Source: a virus
Taxonomy: Duplodnaviria > Caudoviricetes
IMG/VR virus record: IMGVR_UViG_3300046490_000073
Coordinates: 1-27,075 of that record
Length of the DNA: 27,075 nucleotides
Direction: 5' to 3' (one strand)
Positions within the stretch are counted from its first letter, which is position 1; each line of letters begins with the position of its first letter. The translations under genes and the position numbers were made by a program. Under the pieces are notes generated by a model. It ran no database searches, had not been told where the DNA came from, and was given only the letters and a program-made list of their open reading frames with translations. Below are positions 17,997 through 24,803 of the stretch, in pieces.

Positions 17997-18445
17997 CAGT
18001 ACCCTCCAGCGATCGGGATGGGGCGGCGCGGGACGCTGAACACGCAGAGCACGATGCGCCCGACGTGCCGGGCCTTGTTCCACACCATCGTGTTGTCCAG
18101 GTCCGCGGCCTCGCACTGGTAGGTGTGCGTGGAGCCGTTGATCGTCAGGGTCATCTGGAACGAGTCCTGGTAGAAGGCGTCCTTGAGCGTCGCGATGTTC
18201 GCGTCGAGCACGGCCTGGCTGGTGCCGAGCACCTCGACGCCGACCTTCTCGGTGATGTTGCCGCGGTGCCGGTTGACCGTGACCTCACCCTCCATGTACG
18301 CCGAGCCCTGCGTGTTGCGGACCCAGCGCTCCTCGCCGCCCATGAGCTCCTCGGACAGGTAGTAGTTCACCCAGTCGTTGAGGTTGAGGTCCGCGAGCGC
18401 GAGCGGGGTGCGCGTGACGCTGCCGGCCAGGGTGAGGTCGCTCAT
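17996..18445 (-). CDS. Minor tail protein, possibly distal-tail (Dit)-like, 149 aa
   Basis: First of the tail-tip block; the pattern W.R....S.Y.EG...V...R......V.V.G.SQ.......L...F.Q resembles short Dit-type proteins (inference). Confidence 0.55.
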   Translation of the reverse strand: MSDLTLAGSVTRTPLALADLNLNDWVNYYLSEELMGGEERWVRNTQGSAYMEGEVTVNRHRGNITEKVGVEVLGTSQAVLDANIATLKDAFYQDSFQMTLTINGSTHTYQCEAADLDNTMVWNKARHVGRIVLCVFSVPRRPIPIAGGY

Positions 18446-18912
18446 GAGACCTTCCCCTCGGCGATCTCCCGCATGGTCTCCGCGAAGCGCTCCACGCTGA
18501 CCACGACGGTGCGGTTGCCCTCCTTCTCGTGCTCGATGTCGAGCAGGCCCTGGAGCTTGGAGCGGTTCATGCTCGCCTTCATCATCGTCTCCATGGCCTT
18601 GAGGTCGCCGTCGAGGATGCGAGGCAGGAGCACGGTCTCGTAGAGGTCGTAGAGGTAGAGCTCGTGCTCGAGCACGGCTTGCCGGCGCTTGGCCGTGACC
18701 TGGATCGCAGAGCGCTGGATGTACTGGTGCACGGCCATCCGAGCGCTGGTCCCGTTGGCGTAGTCGAGCTGCTGGGCGACCTCGTCCCAGGACAGGTGCT
18801 TGTCGGTGCGCAGCCAGTAGGCCTGGTCGACCTTGTCCTCGTCGAGCATCCCATCGGGGACGACCACGAGCGTGCCGTCCGGACGCGGCTCCTTCTTCTT
18901 GCGGGGCGGCAT
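18442..18912 (-). CDS. Terminase small subunit-like HTH protein
   Basis: HTH AYWLR...LSWDEVAQQLDY...A..AV, followed by EL..YD.....L.....GDLKA......M.RSKLQGL, the pattern of actinophage TerS. Confidence 0.72.
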   Translation of the reverse strand: MPPRKKKEPRPDGTLVVVPDGMLDEDKVDQAYWLRTDKHLSWDEVAQQLDYANGTSARMAVHQYIQRSAIQVTAKRRQAVLEHELYLYDLYETVLLPRILDGDLKAMETMMKASMNRSKLQGLLDIEHEKEGNRTVVVSVERFAETMREIAEGKVS

Positions 18913-19385
18913 CAGATCACGTCCTTGAGTCCGGAGCCGAGCGCGTCGGCGAGCTCCTTGAACGTCTGCACAGCACCCTCGCAGATGACCTCGATGGCTT
19001 CCTCCAGGGTGATGATCCCAGAGTCGATCAGGTCACGCGCCTTCTCCCTCATCTTGGGCTGCGTGCCGGCCCAGATGCCGAAGTCCTCGGGCTTGGTGAT
19101 CGCATGGCGCGCGCACTCCGCGATGACCGGGCACTCGGCGCAGGTGGCCTGGGCCTGGCGGAAGCGGTGGGTGGAGATGGAGGAGCGGGTCTCATCCTCC
19201 GGGCTCTCCCCGAAGTAGACCGTGTCCCAGTCCTGGATGGACCGACACCGTGACTGGCTGTGCCAGATCGGCATGGCGTCCTCCCACCGGAGAACGGTGG
19301 AGGGCCGGTCGTCGCCCCACAGGTCGGGGTCTGGATCGGAAGTGGGAGGATGGATAACGGCGTCGATCGGGTGCCAGTTCCCCAC
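18912..19385 (-). CDS. whiB: WhiB-family transcription factor
   Basis: W....RC ... AQATCAECPVIAEC ... FGIWAG gives four Cys plus the G(I/V)W turn. GTG start at 19385 with GAGGGAG RBS. Confidence 0.9.
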   Translation of the reverse strand: MGNWHPIDAVIHPPTSDPDPDLWGDDRPSTVLRWEDAMPIWHSQSRCRSIQDWDTVYFGESPEDETRSSISTHRFRQAQATCAECPVIAECARHAITKPEDFGIWAGTQPKMREKARDLIDSGIITLEEAIEVICEGAVQTFKELADALGSGLKDVI

Positions 19386-19395
19386 GGCAACTCCC

Positions 19396-19857
19396 TCAGA
19401 GCACCTCAGCGCGAGCGATGACGATCTTGCCGTAGAGCGCGATGCAGATCGCGTCGACCAGGTTCTGGTCTCCTCCACACTGCGCAGAGTAGGGCTCATG
19501 GTGCTCACGGAGCCAGTCCGACACGTCACCCTTCGTGGCCATCCCATCTCCGATCACCGCCTTCTTCCAGCTCATGACGTTCGCGTCGCGCCCGCCGACG
19601 TGGCTGAGCATGGTCCCGAAGACCTGGTGGAGCTCGCCGAAGGTGGCGACGTTCTTGGGCCCGGCGAAGGGCGGCTTCTCCACGAAGACGTCGTCGTCAG
19701 CTGCGACGAACTCGGTCGCGCGCTTGCCCAGCGAGTCCAGCTCGAGGGAGCGCACGACGCGCTTGGGTGTCTCGATGCTCTCGAGGTAGACCAGCTCGTC
19801 GCCCTCGAACCCGGCCAGGTGCACGGACCTGACCCCCAGGTCGATGCCCCAGATCAC
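19396..19857 (-). CDS. ruvC: RuvC-like Holliday junction resolvase
   Basis: IWGIDLG, VFVEKP, WKKAVIGDGMATKGDV and DQNLVDAICIA supply the RuvC acidic residues. Confidence 0.88.
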   Translation of the reverse strand: MIWGIDLGVRSVHLAGFEGDELVYLESIETPKRVVRSLELDSLGKRATEFVAADDDVFVEKPPFAGPKNVATFGELHQVFGTMLSHVGGRDANVMSWKKAVIGDGMATKGDVSDWLREHHEPYSAQCGGDQNLVDAICIALYGKIVIARAEVL

Positions 19858-20747
19858 CAGCGCTCATCCCGCTTCCCGAACGAGGCGCTCTTGGCCAGCG
19901 ACTTGCGCTCCTCGGCCTTCCACGCACGCCCCATGTGCATGTGCTGGCCGACCTGCACGCCACGCCTGCGCTCGCCGCTGGCGAGAGCCCTGCCGGCCTC
20001 CTTGCCGTGCCAGTTGCTCTCGAGGCGCGCCAGGGCGTAGGAGCCACCGCGCTCGACCTTGCGAGCGGGCTTCATGGACGACCTGACTGCGGCAGCCGTG
20101 CGCGAGTCCTCGTCAGGAAGATGGGCGCGGTGGACGTTCTCGGCACGAGCCGTCTGGGGGATGCGCTTCATGCTGCCCTCACGCATGGCGAGCTTGAGCG
20201 TGCTGGGCAGGCCCTTGCGGACCTTCTCGTGGTGCGCGACGGCGGCTGCACCGGCGGCTGCTCCACCGGCCACCATGGCCCCGCGCACGGCGATGCCCGT
20301 CTTGCCTGCACCCACGTAGGCGATGGTCTTGGGGACGCGGTTGCCCGGGATGTTGGTCGGCAGGGACCGGTTGTAGCCGATGTAGGTCTTGCCGGGGATG
20401 TTCGGGTCGAACCCCGTAGAGGGGATGCCCCAGGTCTTCTTGTGCGCCTTCATCGCCTTCTGCTGCTGGTTGGTCAGCTTGTGGCGCTGCTCGACGAGCC
20501 GCTTGAAGCGCGCGCCGCGCTTGGGGCGCTGCCCCTCAGGTCGATCGTCCGGAGCGCCCGACATGAAGTCGCCCAGGCCGCCCTTGCGGTACTTGAACCG
20601 GTTGCCGAACACCGCGGCCGCCGAGCCGCCACGATGCACACCGGCAGCAGTGAGAGCGCCGGCAGCAGCGCCAGCGCCCTCATGACTGCGTCGCTCCCCC
20701 TGTGCGGAGAGCTTCGAGACCTCGTGCCGTACCCCGAACGGGTTCAC
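19854..20747 (-). CDS. Basic, Gly/Ala-rich protein; internal virion protein candidate, 297 aa
   Basis: Starts MNPFGVRHEVSK; has two Gly-zipper segments and is Arg/Lys-rich; fills the gap between neighbours and couples to ruvC by GTGA. Confidence 0.65.
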   Translation of the reverse strand: MNPFGVRHEVSKLSAQGERRSHEGAGAAAGALTAAGVHRGGSAAAVFGNRFKYRKGGLGDFMSGAPDDRPEGQRPKRGARFKRLVEQRHKLTNQQQKAMKAHKKTWGIPSTGFDPNIPGKTYIGYNRSLPTNIPGNRVPKTIAYVGAGKTGIAVRGAMVAGGAAAGAAAVAHHEKVRKGLPSTLKLAMREGSMKRIPQTARAENVHRAHLPDEDSRTAAAVRSSMKPARKVERGGSYALARLESNWHGKEAGRALASGERRRGVQVGQHMHMGRAWKAEERKSLAKSASFGKRDERW

Positions 20748-20751
20748 CGGC

Positions 20752-21084
20752 TCAGGAGATGACGGCGATCGTGCAGCTGGTCACCGCGGAGTACGTGATG
20801 GCTGCGGTGGGCGGGTTCGTGCCCGGAGTCGCGAACTCTCCGTCGATCGGCCCGATGATGGTCTGGGCGCCGGCAGCCACCACGACGGCGTTGGCCGGCT
20901 TGGCCTGTGCGTACGAGGTGTTGCCCGGGACGGCGATGGTGATGGTCTTGGACGTGGCGTCGCCGTTCTTGAAGAGCAGGTAGACCTTGTCGCCCGTGCG
21001 GACCGTGTCACCACCGGCGGTGCAGGCGTTGAAGGTCAGAGCGACGCCGCCCTTGACGCCGGACTGGGCAGAGAGCAGAGCCAT
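20752..21084 (-). CDS. Small beta-rich structural protein (capsid decoration-like), 110 aa
   Basis: GGAGG RBS; the pattern AGGD.....V.L..KNG......T...PG...V.VAAG...IIGP...ITYS.VTS.T.AV is typical of actinophage small virion proteins. Confidence 0.65.
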   Translation of the reverse strand: MALLSAQSGVKGGVALTFNACTAGGDTVRTGDKVYLLFKNGDATSKTITIAVPGNTSYAQAKPANAVVVAAGAQTIIGPIDGEFATPGTNPPTAAITYSAVTSCTIAVIS

Positions 21085-21111
21085 GGTTCCTCCAGGTGAA
21101 GTCCTGGTCCC

Positions 21112-21130
21112 AGGCTACGAGCCCCGTCCA
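21112..21130 (-). promoter_or_regulatory. Putative late promoter (TGGAC-N8-TAGCCT), leadered
   Basis: TGGAC GGGGCTCG TAGCCT has a canonical TANNNT -10, followed by a short leader containing GGAGG. Confidence 0.6.
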
Positions 21131-21133
21131 GGG

Positions 21134-21283
21134 TCAGGCGTTGATGACGGCGATCAGTGGGACCAGCACCCAGCAGAACAGGCCCGCTGCGAGCAGGTTG
21201 ATCCTCGCGCTCGCGACGTTGAGCGCGGCGAGGGCGAAGAGGATGGCGGCGATGAGGTACAGGACCAGGTCAAGGGTTCTCAT
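21134..21283 (-). CDS. 49-aa two-TM membrane protein
   Basis: Below the track cutoff; MRTLDLVLYLIAAILFALAALNVASARINLLAAGLFCWVLVPLIAVINA; GC-rich third positions; fills an intergenic gap. Confidence 0.8.
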   Translation of the reverse strand: MRTLDLVLYLIAAILFALAALNVASARINLLAAGLFCWVLVPLIAVINA

Positions 21284-21318
21284 CTGTCCAGAGTCACCCG
21301 CCTGGTCCTGTACGTCAA
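21284..21318 (-). promoter_or_regulatory. Putative sigmaA-type leaderless promoter TTGACG-N17-GACTCT-N6-ATG
   Basis: Near-consensus -35 at 21313-21318, 17-bp spacer, variant -10 at 21290-21295. Confidence 0.55.
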
Positions 21319-21325
21319 GGAGCGC

Positions 21326-22270
21326 CTACAGGTAGCCCGGGCTGACGTACGCGCCGGTCCAGGCCGGGACGAAGTCGGCGTGGTCGCCGTTGGTGACGCC
21401 AGGGACGTTGATCCACTCGGAGCCCACCGTGGAGGTCCACGAGTCGGTCGTCCCCGGGTAGAGCCAGACATCCTTGGCCTTGCGCGTGGTCACCGTGCCA
21501 CCGCCACCGAGGAACGAGGTGTGCTTGCCGCCCGCCCGGATGTTGATGTTGCGGTAGTCGCGCAGGTCGCCGTTGCCCTGGTCCCAGATGCCCTGGTAGA
21601 TGCTCGAGGCGATGGTGAAGCGGTCGATCCGCATCTCCTTGGGCCCGCCGCCGATGAACATCTGGAAGCCGTCGCCACCGTAGTGCGGGGGCGCGGTCGG
21701 CCCGGGCAGGAAGGTCTTGAGCTTGTCGATGCGGCAGTTCTGGAGCTGGACGATGGAGCCGCTCATCCCGTTGAGGTTGAACCCCTCGAAGATGAACTCG
21801 CCGGCGAAGTGCAGACCCTCGACGTGGCAGACGCCCCCGACCGCCACCCCGTTGAGGTAGACGCAGCGGTTGGACTTGCCCTCGTCGTTGCCGGCGCTGG
21901 CGTAGTCCTTCGAGAACGCGACCAGGCCGCCGATGATGACGACGTTGCGCCCGCCCTGGATCTCGACGCCGTTGGCCCAGTCCACCGCGGTGTCGGGGAA
22001 CTTCACGATGGCGTCCTGGCCGGCAGGGATCACGATCTTGCGGTGTGCGGCGTCGATCGCGTAGGTCGTGGGGCTGACCAGCGTCGGCGGCTTCCAGCTG
22101 AGCACGCCAGGCACGACCACAGGCGGCGGGACGACGACGGGCGGCGGGACGACGACGGGCGGCGGGGTGGCGGCGATGATCGCGTTGAGCCGGACGATCT
22201 CGGCCTGCGCGGCGGCGTACTCGGTGTTCGCGGCGGCAACGGCGGCCGTCAGAGCGTCATGAGCAGTCAT
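21326..22270 (-). CDS. Parallel beta-helix (pectin lyase-like) protein with N-terminal coiled coil and PPPVVV linker, 314 aa
   Basis: ATG 22270. GVEIQGGRNVVIIGG, HVEGLHF, VQLQNCRI, GDGFQ and MRIDRFT...YQGI are beta-helix rung patterns. Confidence 0.7.
   Translation of the reverse strand: MTAHDALTAAVAAANTEYAAAQAEIVRLNAIIAATPPPVVVPPPVVVPPPVVVPGVLSWKPPTLVSPTTYAIDAAHRKIVIPAGQDAIVKFPDTAVDWANGVEIQGGRNVVIIGGLVAFSKDYASAGNDEGKSNRCVYLNGVAVGGVCHVEGLHFAGEFIFEGFNLNGMSGSIVQLQNCRIDKLKTFLPGPTAPPHYGGDGFQMFIGGGPKEMRIDRFTIASSIYQGIWDQGNGDLRDYRNINIRAGGKHTSFLGGGGTVTTRKAKDVWLYPGTTDSWTSTVGSEWINVPGVTNGDHADFVPAWTGAYVSPGYL
22112..22166 (-). repeat. 18-bp tandem repeat encoding (PPPVVV)3
   Basis: Unit gggcggcgggacgacgac repeated on the + strand. 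Confidence 0.85.
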
Positions 22271-22284
22271 GCAGCCATCCTGGC

Positions 22285-22451
22285 AGCACAACGCCCCACC
22301 GTCGAGGTCCTGTGGGACCAGCCGCCCGGTGGGGCGCTTGTGCTAGGCCTGCGGTCGAGCTCCCGGAGGAGTAGGCGTGCCGTTCGACGCCTCGTTCTTC
22401 GCTCTGTCGCAGCAGCCAAGGGAGGAGGCCTTGGAGCCCCCTCCCGAGGCA
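22285..22451 (-). ncRNA. Candidate structured small RNA or leader (~170 nt)
   Basis: Directly downstream of a consensus promoter; hairpins at 22415-22450, about 22373-22392 and 22285-22344. Confidence 0.45.
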
Positions 22452-22457
22452 CTGCGA

Positions 22458-22486
22458 ACGCTATCGACCCTCCGGCTTCGCGTCAA
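22458..22486 (-). promoter_or_regulatory. SigmaA/HrdB-type promoter TTGACG-N17-TAGCGT
   Basis: -35 at 22481-22486, -10 at 22458-22463, exact 17-bp spacer, at the start of the largest intergenic gap. Confidence 0.75.
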
Positions 22487-23412
22487 GCGGTCGTCGCCTC
22501 CCCGGACGGGGTGGAGTCGAGCGCGCGGATCGTGGCGCAGGGGTACGTCGAGAAGTCGAAGCCGCAGACACGCGACTCTCCGAGGTGTCGAACCTCGCCG
22601 TGCAGCGCCCGGACCTGTGCCACGGCCTCGCGGGTCGCGGTGGCCTCAGCACGAGCCGCGTCACGCTCGCCCAGCACCTCGGCGTTGAGCGCGACCTCCT
22701 CGTCGTAGTGCTGCCACGCCGCGTCGTTCCGGTCCCGCAGCCGCTCGACCTCGGCCTCGGCGGTCCTGGCCCGCTCCGTGTCGGGGTGCGGCGACGTGGT
22801 GGCGCAGGGGCAGTCGTGCCGATGCAGCGCCGTGGGCTGGACACAGTCGCAGGTCCGACCACACGCGAAGCACGGAGACTGCTCACCGAACGTCGGCCAG
22901 TCTTCGAACCACACGGCCTCCTGAACGCTGACGAGTCCAGTCCGATCCGGGTGCGGATCCCACACGACACGACCGCCGCCACCGATGACAGCGTGACCGA
23001 AGCCGCGATCCGACCGGCCATAGACGATGCACGGCCGCTCGGGGATCACGTCGGTGCGCTCTCGGTGGACGGTCAGGCTCCGACCGCGCGCCCAGAACTC
23101 CATCGCCGCGTCCCACCATGTGAACTGCGCGAAGTGAGGAACGGCGTCGAGCGGAAGTCCGAGCAGGGTCGCCACGGCGGCTTGCAGGCAGTTGCCTTCG
23201 ATACCCAGGCGCTCGCCTGCCATGAACGTCTGTGTGACGCCCTCGTCCATCGTCGCCCCTGTCTCGGCGTGCTGCGCGGCGAGAGCGGCCACGGCGTTGT
23301 CCGTGAGCAGGTCGGGGATGAACTGCCCGCACGCCCCCGTGAGGCGTGGCATGGCATGGCGGTCCTTGCTCGCGCCGCAGCGGGCGCAGGCGGTCCCATC
23401 GGGGGCGGTCAT
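22483..23412 (-). CDS. Mosaic protein: Cys/His clusters, papain-like (C39-type?) module, coiled coil, 309 aa
   Basis: GNCLQAAVATLLGL..VPHF...G.SDRG.GHAVI...WDPHP; AEAEVERLR coil; C-terminal ALH...C.....YPCATIRAL. ATGA coupling. Confidence 0.7.
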   Translation of the reverse strand: MTAPDGTACARCGASKDRHAMPRLTGACGQFIPDLLTDNAVAALAAQHAETGATMDEGVTQTFMAGERLGIEGNCLQAAVATLLGLPLDAVPHFAQFTWWDAAMEFWARGRSLTVHRERTDVIPERPCIVYGRSDRGFGHAVIGGGGRVVWDPHPDRTGLVSVQEAVWFEDWPTFGEQSPCFACGRTCDCVQPTALHRHDCPCATTSPHPDTERARTAEAEVERLRDRNDAAWQHYDEEVALNAEVLGERDAARAEATATREAVAQVRALHGEVRHLGESRVCGFDFSTYPCATIRALDSTPSGEATTA

Positions 23413-23879
23413 GACGTCACCCTTGCCAGCAACCAGTCGTGGATCTCGACCAGGGCCGCGGTGTCCAGGTTCGAGTCGTCCCCGTGGTCCTCGAGGAGGA
23501 TGGCGCTGGCTGCCTCGATCAGGGCCTGCTGGCGCACCTTGTCCAGGTGCCTGTCAACCGCCGTCAGGTGGTTGAGGAAGTCGTGGTGGCTCGGCCAGGT
23601 GATCCCGCACGCGACGCACTTCACCGGGCGGTAGGTCGCCGGCCTGCCCAGCGCCTCGCGCACGCACACGTCGCAGGGCAGTTCGTGGGTGTCCTTCTCG
23701 ATGTGCGGCTGGTCGTCCGCGCAGTGCGGGCAACACGGGTAGAGCGGTCCTGTCACCCCGGGCGGGTAGAGCTTCCCGGTGGCCTCGAGGTAGGTGCTCT
23801 CGTCCATGATCGCCGGGCCCAGAGCGTCCCCTAGCCTCCCGCCCGAAACGCTACTGTCCGGCATCCTCGTGTACCTCAC
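23409..23879 (-). CDS. Hypothetical Zn-binding protein
   Basis: CCPHC...H..PCDVC and CVAC...H...H clusters; start uncertain. Confidence 0.6.
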   Translation of the reverse strand: MRYTRMPDSSVSGGRLGDALGPAIMDESTYLEATGKLYPPGVTGPLYPCCPHCADDQPHIEKDTHELPCDVCVREALGRPATYRPVKCVACGITWPSHHDFLNHLTAVDRHLDKVRQQALIEAASAILLEDHGDDSNLDTAALVEIHDWLLARVTS

Positions 23880-24171
23880 TGTCTTTCTCGTCCTTGTCGT
23901 GTGTGGACGCGAGCAGGCCGGGCTGGACCTGGATGTTCATCCCCGGGCCGGGCTCGTCATCCACCCCGAACTCGATCACCGGGAGCAGCACGCGCATCCT
24001 CATGGGCTGGGTCGGCCTGGTTCCGATGCCCTCTCGGTCGTAGTCGGGGTAGTTGAGCGTGATCGGCCGGATCACGTAGAGCCCGTCGTCTGTCTGGTCG
24101 AGCTCGGTGACGACCATGTCCCAGACCAGGGAGTCTCCGTCGATGAGCGCGATGATGGCGTCTACCAGCAC
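23851..24171 (-). CDS. Hypothetical acidic protein, 106 aa
   Basis: GTG 24171 (VLVDAIIAL) with GGAGAGG RBS; the track's extension overlaps the upstream gene. Confidence 0.6.
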   Translation of the reverse strand: MLVDAIIALIDGDSLVWDMVVTELDQTDDGLYVIRPITLNYPDYDREGIGTRPTQPMRMRVLLPVIEFGVDDEPGPGMNIQVQPGLLASTHDKDEKDSEVHEDAGQ

Positions 24172-24689
24172 TGCTCGTGTCCTCTCCAGTACCAGTTCGA
24201 GCGGCCCTTGCCGTTCGCGTAGAGCTTGATGAAGGCCGCGTCCTGTACGGCCTTGGAGTAGCTGCTCGCGTGACCACGCAGATGTGTCACGTGAAACCAC
24301 GTCGGGTCCTGGAACTGGTACCCGCCGTAGGCGTGCATCCCGTGGTAGCTCTCTCGCGAGACGGCGCGGTAGTCCCCGTGGCTCTCCCGGGTCAGGATGC
24401 ACATCCGGACGAGCTCCACGCTGCGCGAGGCCCTGATCGGCCTGAGCGCCACCGGCGTGAGCCGTGGCTTGGGCTTCGGCTTGACCGCCTTGGGTGCGGG
24501 ACGTGTGGCCGGCATGGGCGCCGGGTGCTCGATGACCACCCGGACGACTGTCCTGGTCGGCGCCGGGTCGGGGACCGCGGCCGCCGGCATGGCGTCGGTG
24601 GCGAAGTAGACGCCGGTCACGAGGATCGAGATGAACGCGACGATCCCTAGGAGGATCTCGACGAGGGTCTCAGGAAGGCGTGGCCTCAT
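24162..24689 (-). CDS. Membrane-anchored Rpf-like lytic transglycosylase
   Basis: N-terminal TM, Pro/Lys linker, then CILTRESHGDY...YGGYQFQDPTW...QD...G..NW...C. Confidence 0.8.
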   Translation of the reverse strand: MRPRLPETLVEILLGIVAFISILVTGVYFATDAMPAAAVPDPAPTRTVVRVVIEHPAPMPATRPAPKAVKPKPKPRLTPVALRPIRASRSVELVRMCILTRESHGDYRAVSRESYHGMHAYGGYQFQDPTWFHVTHLRGHASSYSKAVQDAAFIKLYANGKGRSNWYWRGHEQCW

Positions 24690-24803
24690 TCACTGCTGCT
24701 CCTGTTCGTGCAGGAGCCCTCGGTCCAAGGGCTCCCACGGCGGGAGGTGCTCGATGACTTCAGGGTCCTCCGGGTCGGGGGGCGCGACCAGCGTCTTGGT
24801 CAT
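24690..24803 (-). CDS. 37-aa hypothetical protein
   Basis: MTKTLVAPPDPEDPEVIEHLPPWEPLDRGLLHEQEQQ; ATGA overlap upstream, and its stop abuts the next ATG. Confidence 0.6.
   Translation of the reverse strand: MTKTLVAPPDPEDPEVIEHLPPWEPLDRGLLHEQEQQ

Noticed and set aside
19386-19547. N-terminal extension of WhiB in the ORF track
   Set aside because: Overlaps ruvC; a better start with RBS exists at 19385.
22285-22451. tRNA or known riboswitch
   Set aside because: No cloverleaf, T-loop (TTCGA in a stem-loop context) or riboswitch consensus that I can recognise; kept only as an unknown structured RNA.
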